Virus record (IMG/VR): IMGVR_UViG_3300028388_003770
Span: 1-59,735 of that record
Length of the DNA: 59,735 bases
From: a virus
Lineage: Duplodnaviria; Caudoviricetes
Direction: 5' to 3' (one strand)
Part shown: piece after piece, positions 8,332-15,253 of the stretch
Numbering within the stretch: position 1 is the stretch's first letter
Layout: every line of letters begins with the position of its first letter
Notes under the pieces: model-generated
The model's database searches: none
Told to the model about the DNA's origin: nothing
The model's input: only the letters and a program-made list of their open reading frames with translations
Program-made: the position numbers and the translations under genes

Positions 8332-9510
8332 ATGACTGACATCAACCTGATCGTCGAGAACGCCGTGGCCCTGTACCGCACCAAGCAGAACGACCGGCCC
8401 ATGCCGGTCTACATGCAGGGCCCGCCGGGATGCGGCAAGAGCGCCCTCGTCGAGGGCGTGCTGCCCGGCGTGCTCGAGGAGCACTTCTTCCCCAGCGCCG
8501 AGCCCACCGAGCGCCCGGCCCGGCCCAACACCCACTGGTCGCCGTGCGGCACCGTCGCCGTGGTGACCGAGATCCTGTCCACCGTGGAGAGCACGGACGT
8601 GCGGGGCTTCGCCATGCCGGTGAAGGACCGGGAGACCGGCGCCTACGAGACGGCGTGGATCATGCCCGCCCTGGTGCGCTCCGAGCAGTGGGCCTACGCC
8701 CAGGGTGCGAAGATCGTCGTGTTCTTCTTCGACGAGCTGCCGCAGTGCGACACCTCGACGCAGAAGGCGGTGGTGGACATCATGCTCAACGGCCGGATCG
8801 GCGAGTACGGTCTGCGCCGCACCACCTGGTGCATCGGGGCGGGCAACCGCACGCAGGACATGGCCGGTGCCAACCGGCTGCTGTCCATCCTGCGCAACCG
8901 GGTGGTGAATTTCGACGCCGAGATGCCGCTCAAGCCCTGGCTCAAGTGGGCACTGGCTCACAAGATGAGCCCGGTGATCGCCGACTTCCTGGAGTTCCGC
9001 CCGGACCTGCTGGCCGAGGTGCAGCCCACCAAGGACGGTGCCTTCCTCACCCACCGCTCCATGACGCAGGCCTCCAACCTGGTCAACGCCATGAAGCGGG
9101 TGCACGGGATCACCGACCCCATGGGGCTGCCGGACGACGACTTCACCCGGGACGCGGTGGCGGGCACCATCGGGGAGGCGGCGCAGGTGGAGCTCTACGC
9201 CTACGTTGCCGACGCCGCTGAGCTGCCGAAGCTCGACGAGATCATCAAGGACCCGGAGGGCTGCAAGGTCCCGGATAGCGAGCACCTGTCGGCGCAGTAC
9301 GCTGCCGCTCAGATGCTCAAGCGCGGCGCCACCCAGCACAACGTGGTCCAGCTGTGGACCTACGCCGAGCGCCTCATGAAGGACATGCAGGCGAAGATCG
9401 CCAACGACCTGCTGGAGAATCAGTTCGGCGGCGTGCTGTTCAACACCAAGAAGTTCAGCAACTGGCTGGCCGAGAACCGCAGCCTGATCACGGCCACGTT
9501 CGCCCGCTGA
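8332..9510 (+). CDS. MoxR-like AAA+ ATPase
   Basis: Walker A GPPGCGKS, Walker B FFFDE, GAGN sensor, LRNR arginine finger. Confidence 0.9.
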   Translation: MTDINLIVENAVALYRTKQNDRPMPVYMQGPPGCGKSALVEGVLPGVLEEHFFPSAEPTERPARPNTHWSPCGTVAVVTEILSTVESTDVRGFAMPVKDRETGAYETAWIMPALVRSEQWAYAQGAKIVVFFFDELPQCDTSTQKAVVDIMLNGRIGEYGLRRTTWCIGAGNRTQDMAGANRLLSILRNRVVNFDAEMPLKPWLKWALAHKMSPVIADFLEFRPDLLAEVQPTKDGAFLTHRSMTQASNLVNAMKRVHGITDPMGLPDDDFTRDAVAGTIGEAAQVELYAYVADAAELPKLDEIIKDPEGCKVPDSEHLSAQYAAAQMLKRGATQHNVVQLWTYAERLMKDMQAKIANDLLENQFGGVLFNTKKFSNWLAENRSLITATFAR

Positions 9511-9524
9511 TCCACCCACCAACG

Positions 9525-9549
9525 CCCCGGCTTCGGCCGGGGCAGGAGG
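9525..9549 (+). repeat. UUCG hairpin + RBS, copy 2
   Basis: Identical to 8202-8226. Confidence 0.85.
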
Positions 9550-9553
9550 AAGT

Positions 9554-9958
9554 ATGGCCGACTACTACACCCAGTTCAGCTTCCTGTTGTCGGGCGACGG
9601 CCTGTTCCCGGCCCGAGTGAAGCAGTGGTTCGATCACCACTACAAGGAGTGGCAGAGGCTGGAGGACAAGCAGGACGAAGACTTCTACGAGACCTACTCG
9701 GACATCCGGTTCAGCATCGAGGACGGCCACCTGTGGCTGCACCACACGGAGGACAACTGCGGCAGCGTCGAGCAGGCGATCAAGATGGTGCGGGACTGGC
9801 TGGAGTTCCACGACATCCACGAGCCGGTGCTGTTCACCTACGCTCAGACGTGCAGCAAGCCCGCGCTTGGAGCGTTTGACGGCGGGTCCGTGCTGGTCAC
9901 CCGGGACGAGGTGATCTTCGGGCTCGATGCCCAGCAAGTGTACAACCAGAGGAAATAG
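9554..9958 (+). CDS. Hypothetical protein (MADYYTQFSF family)
   Basis: AGGAGG RBS, codon bias. Confidence 0.85.
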   Translation: MADYYTQFSFLLSGDGLFPARVKQWFDHHYKEWQRLEDKQDEDFYETYSDIRFSIEDGHLWLHHTEDNCGSVEQAIKMVRDWLEFHDIHEPVLFTYAQTCSKPALGAFDGGSVLVTRDEVIFGLDAQQVYNQRK

Positions 9959-9960
9959 CC

Positions 9961-11181
9961 ATGGCACAGCATCAAGCTGTTACTGAAGCGGTGAGTTACA
10001 TCGTCGCCAACAAGAAGACGGTGTTCTTCGCGAGCTTCCTCATGCAGAGCAAGCCGAAGATGCGCATCGTCGTGGCCGACACGCTGGTGACGGCCGACGG
10101 GCGCACGATCGAGAACAAGACGGCGGCTACCGACGGGGTCACCATCTACGTCAGCAAGTGGTGGCTGGACCTGCCGATCCTGGAGCGCGTGTTCGTGCTC
10201 TGCCACGAGGTGCTCCACGCCATCCTGGCCCACATGCCTCGCAGCACGGCCTATGCCAAGCGGGGCTTCGGCATGGACCTGAAGCCGTTCTCGTGGCAGC
10301 GCGCCAACAAGGCGCAGGACTACGTTATCAACGCGGCGCTGATGGAGTCGCGCATCGGCACCATGCCCCGCATCGGGCTGTACCGGGCTCGTGGCGACGC
10401 ACAGAGGACCTGGGACGACGTCTACATGGAGCTGCCGGACGAGGATGACGACAGCGGCGACGGCTCGGGCGGCGACGGCTCGGGCGGCAACGGCTCGCTC
10501 GACCAGCACCTGCCGGCACCCAACGGCGGCCAGGTCGACGAGCGCGCTCACAAGCAGTCGGTGGCCCAGGCCCGCAACGCCGCCAAGGCAGCCGGCGAGC
10601 TGCCCGGCGGGCTGGCCCGGATCATCGACGGCGTGCTCAACCCGGCGGTCCCGTGGAAGGACGTGTTGCGGGACTTCCTCTCGGCGCACGCCGGGCAGGA
10701 CGAGAGCACCTGGCGCCGACTCAACCGTCGCCGGCTGGTCACGCCCCCGGGGCTGGCGTTCCCGGGCAAGGACGGGTTCCGCATGGAGGGGATCGTGGTG
10801 GCCATCGACACCTCCGGGTCCATCGGGCCCGACGAGCTCAAGGCGTTCCTCGGCGAGCTCAAGGCGATCCTCACGGACGTAGCGCCGCGGGAGGTGCACC
10901 TGCTCTGGTGGGATACCCAGGCTGTGCACAAGGAGGTTGAGTCCGACGACATTGACTCCATCGAGAGCCTCGAGGCTTACGGCGGGGGCGGTACCAACTA
11001 CGCCTGCGTGCCCAAGAAAATCGGTGAGCTGGATCTGGATCCGGAAGCAGTGGTGTGCCTCACCGATGGGTACGTGGCCTGGCCCGACGAGTCCGAGATC
11101 CGCTGGCCTCACATCACCGTGAGCACCAGCGATCACGAGGCTCCGTTCGGCATCAACACGCAGATCCATGTACCGCGTTAA
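9961..11181 (+). CDS. Metallopeptidase-like + vWA domain protein (DUF2201 type)
   Basis: AATDG, HEVLH (HExxH), MIDAS DTSGS, GGGT, LTDG. Confidence 0.9.
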   Translation: MAQHQAVTEAVSYIVANKKTVFFASFLMQSKPKMRIVVADTLVTADGRTIENKTAATDGVTIYVSKWWLDLPILERVFVLCHEVLHAILAHMPRSTAYAKRGFGMDLKPFSWQRANKAQDYVINAALMESRIGTMPRIGLYRARGDAQRTWDDVYMELPDEDDDSGDGSGGDGSGGNGSLDQHLPAPNGGQVDERAHKQSVAQARNAAKAAGELPGGLARIIDGVLNPAVPWKDVLRDFLSAHAGQDESTWRRLNRRRLVTPPGLAFPGKDGFRMEGIVVAIDTSGSIGPDELKAFLGELKAILTDVAPREVHLLWWDTQAVHKEVESDDIDSIESLEAYGGGGTNYACVPKKIGELDLDPEAVVCLTDGYVAWPDESEIRWPHITVSTSDHEAPFGINTQIHVPR

Positions 11182-11617
11182 GAGCACGTCCTCCGCTCGA
11201 CGCCGCGCCAAGCGCCTGGCGCTCGAGACCGGGATCCCGCAGTCGCACATCCTGCTGGAATCCCGGGCCTCGCACGATCGCCAGGTCAGCATCGGCGACG
11301 TCGAGTGGTGGTACACCACCCACAAGAGGTGTGGCCGGCGCCGCCCGATCCCTGAACACCAACCCGGAGGAACGCCTGTGAAAGAGCGTGAGAAGTACCC
11401 GGCCATCGTGGCGTGGGGAGCGATGATGCACTCCTACAACTACTACATCGACGACCAGGTAGCACTGGCCGCACGCGACAAGGCCCCTCGCCTCGCCGTG
11501 TTCCGCAAGCAGAGCCGGTGGGTTACGTTGAAGGAGGTGACCGGCCAGCCGGCGCGCCAGTATTTCCGCCAGCACCACCCGGAGCTGGCCCTGGAAGCAT
11601 GGGGGGAGCCGACATGA
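11168..11617 (+). CDS. Hypothetical protein (possible internal start GTG 11378)
   Basis: ORF fills gap, GGAGG before 11378. Confidence 0.6.
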   Translation: MYRVKSTSSARRRAKRLALETGIPQSHILLESRASHDRQVSIGDVEWWYTTHKRCGRRRPIPEHQPGGTPVKEREKYPAIVAWGAMMHSYNYYIDDQVALAARDKAPRLAVFRKQSRWVTLKEVTGQPARQYFRQHHPELALEAWGEPT

Positions 11618-12282
11618 CACCCGCCAAGAGAAAGCGCCTCGTCGAATCCCTCAACACGGCGGCCCTCAAGGTGCTCAACGCCGTGCCCCGGCACCAGGCC
11701 GCCACGGTTCATCAGATCGAGCAGGCTATGGCCGACACCGGGCTCAACCCGAACCACAAGGGCGTGCTCAAGTGGCTGAACACGTTGAGGGACTCGGGCC
11801 TCATCGAGGAGCTTGAGCCCCGGCGCTTCAAGCAAGTCATCGTGCGAGTGAAGCGCAGCGCCCGCACCACCCCGGCCCCCGTGCCGGCCGTCACCCAGGA
11901 GGAAGCACCTATGAGCAAACCTGTGAGCAAGAACCGCATGACCTTCATGCAGCGCATGGCCGTTGCCAGGCTGATGATGGATCACCCCCACCTCACGCGA
12001 GCCGACATGCTGGCCAAGGTGGACGGGGAGGTCGACTTCCCCGTCACTGAGCACAACCTGGAAGGCATCGCCAAGGAGATCCGCTACAAGTTCCAGATGC
12101 CCGCCGGGGGCAAGACACCCCCGAGCAAGCAGCTGCGCGTCGACCTCGGCGTGCTGGCCGGGGCGATGCTGCGCATCATCGACGGGCTCGGCATGGAGAT
12201 GCCCTACCAGACCCGGGCCTCCCTGGAGCGCATGCAGACCCGGTCCTCCACCCCCACCGAGGCCGAGCAGGCCGAAGACTGA
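11614..12282 (+). CDS. Putative winged-helix DNA-binding protein
   Basis: ATGA overlap, wHTH-like 'WLNTLRDSGLIEE'. Confidence 0.65.
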   Translation: MTPAKRKRLVESLNTAALKVLNAVPRHQAATVHQIEQAMADTGLNPNHKGVLKWLNTLRDSGLIEELEPRRFKQVIVRVKRSARTTPAPVPAVTQEEAPMSKPVSKNRMTFMQRMAVARLMMDHPHLTRADMLAKVDGEVDFPVTEHNLEGIAKEIRYKFQMPAGGKTPPSKQLRVDLGVLAGAMLRIIDGLGMEMPYQTRASLERMQTRSSTPTEAEQAED

Positions 12283-12291
12283 GGAGGCACC

Positions 12292-12567
12292 ATGCAGATT
12301 CGAGGGCAGCAAGGGACACCCCGCATGCCGGGCACCGTCCGTGGTTGGACGATCCGCCAGTGGGGCATCGCCATCAAGCGCGCCGGCCACCGGCCCCGCA
12401 CCTGGGAGGAGGCGATGAACCTCTACGATGAGTGGCAGCGGCGCACCGACGTGCAGCCCGGGCAGGTGCAGATTGCCGGCGGCGACTACAGTGCGGACCT
12501 CGAGGGGGCGCAGCACGTGTGGCGCCTCGCCGTTCAGCAAGGGGTGCTGCCGGGGCGCCGGCGGTGA
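12292..12567 (+). CDS. Hypothetical protein
   Basis: GAGGAGG RBS. Confidence 0.7.
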   Translation: MQIRGQQGTPRMPGTVRGWTIRQWGIAIKRAGHRPRTWEEAMNLYDEWQRRTDVQPGQVQIAGGDYSADLEGAQHVWRLAVQQGVLPGRRR

Positions 12568-12833
12568 AGTACCCGACGATGCTGGTGATGGGCTGGACGC
12601 AGCAGGAGTGGGTGTGGGTGATGGAGCACTTCGGTATGGCGGCGGCCACCCTCGAGGGGGCTCTGGAGCTCCAGCAAAGGTGGTTGCTTGCCGGCAACGA
12701 GGCACCCCACCCCATACCGCCCCTGCTGCGGGCCGTCCGGTTCCCGAACCCGGCGGTGCGCAACCCCTACGAGCACGCCGCTCATCAGCTGTTCATCCAC
12801 GCCAAGCTGGAGACCAAGGTGACCTATGGCTGA
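12564..12833 (+). CDS. Hypothetical protein
   Basis: GTGA overlap. Confidence 0.6.
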   Translation: MKYPTMLVMGWTQQEWVWVMEHFGMAAATLEGALELQQRWLLAGNEAPHPIPPLLRAVRFPNPAVRNPYEHAAHQLFIHAKLETKVTYG

Positions 12834-13440
12834 CACACACCACGTACCAGAGGCGGTGCTGGATAAGCACCGCAGCATCAACACCGACGACGATTGGTGG
12901 GAATGCACCATCGAGCAGTTTGTCGAGGACATGAAGCAGAAGGGTATCGACACGGACGCCAAGCAGGTGTCCTTCCGTGGGTTCTGGAGCCAGGGCGACG
13001 GCGCCAGCTTCACCGGCAGCCTCAACCTCACCAGGTTCTTCGCTGCCCACCCGGATCTGCTCGAGAGCTTCCCGCACCACAAGCGGATGCTGGACCTGGG
13101 CGGGTACGACGACTTCTCCATCGAGGTCGGCCGCAACTCCAGCGTGTACTACCACGAGCACACCATGAGCCTCACGATTATGTACGGCGTGGACCTGGAT
13201 ACCTGCTTCGACCGGGACACCGCGCTCGGAGAGTGGGCGTTCCAGGACCTGGACAAAGGGCTGGATGCGGAGATCCTGGAGTTCGAAGAAGCGGTGCTTG
13301 ACCTCATGCGGGACTACGCCCGCGAGCTCTATCGCTCGCTGCGAGAGGAGTACGAGGGTCTTACCAGCGACGAAGCAGTGGCCGAAGCGATCGAGGCCAA
13401 CGAGCTGTGGTCCCCCGACGAAGACGAGGAGACAGCATGA
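12826..13440 (+). CDS. Acidic protein of the family often annotated 'antitoxin of TA stability system'
   Basis: FRGFWSQGDGASF and LREEYEGLTSDEAVAEAIEANE motifs. Confidence 0.7.
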   Translation: MADTHHVPEAVLDKHRSINTDDDWWECTIEQFVEDMKQKGIDTDAKQVSFRGFWSQGDGASFTGSLNLTRFFAAHPDLLESFPHHKRMLDLGGYDDFSIEVGRNSSVYYHEHTMSLTIMYGVDLDTCFDRDTALGEWAFQDLDKGLDAEILEFEEAVLDLMRDYARELYRSLREEYEGLTSDEAVAEAIEANELWSPDEDEETA

Positions 13441-13465
13441 CGGTCATCGCCAAGAAGCTCAGGTG

Positions 13466-13633
13466 ATGGACCGGCGCGAGTTCGTCAAAGCGGTGATCCT
13501 GCGCGGCAAGATCGGGCCGGCCGAGGTGAACCTCACCCCGAAGCGTGCCAGGTTCCAGCCGGCCCGGCCGCACGACGAGAGCTACATGCGCGGCTGGCAC
13601 CAAGTCGGACAGCGCGTAGGGAGGGAGCGGTGA
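13466..13633 (+). CDS. Small hypothetical protein
   Basis: ORF continuity in early operon. Confidence 0.5.
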   Translation: MDRREFVKAVILRGKIGPAEVNLTPKRARFQPARPHDESYMRGWHQVGQRVGRER

Positions 13634-13708
13634 CGGTCTACAACACGAGCGGCTTGGCCGGCATCCCGGGCGGCCGGCTGGAACCTGTGACAATTAGGAG
13701 GCCATAGT

Positions 13709-13885
13709 ATGGCGAGCACACCGGAGATTTTTTCACGAGGCGGCCAGCGCGCCGCGATCCAGGCCGGCAAGGAACGGGCGCCGGGCCTGCCGACTAATCC
13801 GCGCAAGGCGGCGAGCTCGATCCGGTACTGGTCCGGGTGCGCCAAGCGAGCGCTTGCGGAAGCGGCGAGGCGCGGAGCACGGTAA
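13709..13885 (+). CDS. Small hypothetical protein (58 aa)
   Basis: AGGAGG RBS. Stop TAA is part of the TAAC core of attC-like arm A. Confidence 0.6.
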   Translation: MASTPEIFSRGGQRAAIQAGKERAPGLPTNPRKAASSIRYWSGCAKRALAEAARRGAR

Positions 13886-13905
13886 CGATGAGGTGAACGG
13901 CGATG
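13881..13905 (-). repeat. Orphan attC-like half site (arm A)
   Basis: AAC-gatga-GGTGAACGGCG-ATG, same pattern as the left arms at 14247 and 14527. Confidence 0.5.
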
Positions 13906-13922
13906 CCAACAGCACAAAAGGA

Positions 13923-14276
13923 ATGACGGCTGTAGCCTACGCTACGGAGAAAATGACTATGAGTGAGAAAGTATTTAACTGGGTAACTGAACAAATGGGC
14001 AAGGGTGAACGTGCTGGAAACTTTGCGCAGGATGTCACTGTGTGGAGCGAATACGCGGTACGCGCCGCCATCCTTCGTGCTCTGGCGCTTGCCGAGAACC
14101 GAACCCGCTACGGGTGCCACTGCGACCTTGAGCCGCACATGCAGCCTGACGGCTGCGTGATTGATGATGGCAGGCCACAGGACTGCATTTATGCCGCCGG
14201 AGCGGGCCGAAAAGAGCGCTGCGAATACTGGCGGATCGTGGTGCCCAACGAGGAGGTGAGCGACGATGATGTATGA
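13923..14276 (+). CDS. Hypothetical protein, Cys-rich C-terminus
   Basis: Lower GC, CHCD...C...C...C motif. Confidence 0.7.
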   Translation: MTAVAYATEKMTMSEKVFNWVTEQMGKGERAGNFAQDVTVWSEYAVRAAILRALALAENRTRYGCHCDLEPHMQPDGCVIDDGRPQDCIYAAGAGRKERCEYWRIVVPNEEVSDDDV

Positions 14277-14369
14277 GCAATGGAGGATCAGCTACCAAAG
14301 CTCCGAGCAAGCGGCACGGGCTGCCTTCAAGGCTTGGCAGGAAGCGTCCGCTGCACCGGCTGGTTATGC
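14243..14369 (-). repeat. attC-like recombination site B (127 bp)
   Basis: GCCCAAC-5nt-GGTG AGCG ACG ... CGT c CGCT g CACC-5nt-GTTATGC. Two extrahelical bases. Minus-strand core GTTGGGC fits GTTRRRY. Confidence 0.65.
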
Positions 14370-14535
14370 CGACCGGCTTGCTATATGGCTAAAGTGTCTT
14401 ATTAGGCACAACTGGTTGTATGACGGGCCGGGGCCAAGAAACGGTCAATGGCACAGGGAATGTCAGAGGTGCGGGAAACGCCAGCACGCTAGATACGACA
14501 TGATGTACGGTTCAACCGATTGGCATGACGATTGA
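14266..14535 (+). CDS. Hypothetical protein starting inside attC-like site B (zinc-ribbon C-terminus)
   Basis: GAGGAGG RBS from the left arm. Right arm translated as SAAPAGY. CQRCG motif. Confidence 0.7.
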   Translation: MMYEQWRISYQSSEQAARAAFKAWQEASAAPAGYADRLAIWLKCLIRHNWLYDGPGPRNGQWHRECQRCGKRQHARYDMMYGSTDWHDD

Positions 14536-14647
14536 GGTGAGCGGCGATGACTACCTGTAACCATCTTTGGAGATCCATAGACTCTACCAGAGCACAATGC
14601 GCGAAGTGCGGCGAGATTCAGTCGTCCGCTCCACCGGCTGGTTCAAC
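14523..14647 (-). repeat. attC-like recombination site C (125 bp)
   Basis: GCATGAC-6nt-GGTG AGCGG CGA ... TCG t CCGCT c CACC-ggctg-GTTCAAC. Confidence 0.6.
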
Positions 14648-14813
14648 GCTTCCAGGGCTGACCGAGGACGAGCAAAAGGACTTTCGCCTGCTCGGGATGA
14701 AGCCGCTGGGCCAATGCAGTCTCGACGACTGGGAGCGCTATATGGAGCTGTCGCAGAAGGCCCTCGATGGGCTCATTGAGCAAGTCAAACTCCGGACACG
14801 GATTGACTCATAA
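14547..14813 (+). CDS. Hypothetical protein starting inside attC-like site C
   Basis: GAGGTG RBS from the left arm. N-terminal CxH..CxxC. Right arm translated as SAPPAGS. Confidence 0.7.
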   Translation: MTTCNHLWRSIDSTRAQCAKCGEIQSSAPPAGSTLPGLTEDEQKDFRLLGMKPLGQCSLDDWERYMELSQKALDGLIEQVKLRTRIDS

Positions 14814-14828
14814 CGACGAGGCGAGGAG

Positions 14829-15023
14829 ATGAAAATGAAAGATTGGGAGAAGCAGGCGCGACAGCAGTCACGCCGTGAGTGGGAGCAAGATATGCGAGGC
14901 CTTCACCATGCCCGCTGGACCGACCCAAGTGGTCGTGGATGGTGGGCCTGGGTTGTTCTCCTGGTCCTTGTGCTTCTTGGGGGCTTTGGTAGCAGCATTA
15001 TTTCGGTCTTCCTCGGAGGCTAA
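14829..15023 (+). CDS. Small membrane protein
   Basis: GAGGAG RBS, C-terminal TM helix. Confidence 0.65.
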   Translation: MKMKDWEKQARQQSRREWEQDMRGLHHARWTDPSGRGWWAWVVLLVLVLLGGFGSSIISVFLGG

Positions 15024-15025
15024 CC

Positions 15026-15253
15026 ATGGACGTCCGGACGCCCCTGCGGCGAGTGCACTACTTGAGGAGACAATCAATGGCAAGTGCTGAGAGTGACCTG
15101 CGCCACATCCACGTCAAGTGCGCCCTGCGCCGAGCGTTGGACCACCTCGAGAGGCGCGAGTGGTTCGAGGTGGTGTCCGCCTGCCAGGAGGCAGAGATCG
15201 TTGCCCGGGCCGAGTACCAGGGCCAGGAACAGGAGAGGAAACGCGCGCGATGA
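15026..15253 (+). CDS. Hypothetical protein (alternative start 15077)
   Basis: GGAGG RBS, ATGA coupling to polA. Confidence 0.65.
   Translation: MDVRTPLRRVHYLRRQSMASAESDLRHIHVKCALRRALDHLERREWFEVVSACQEAEIVARAEYQGQEQERKRAR

Noticed and set aside
13634-13690. Additional attC-like site (shares CCGGCTGG with the right arms)
   Set aside because: Lacks the GTT core and a matching GGTG/CACC box. Too degenerate to support.
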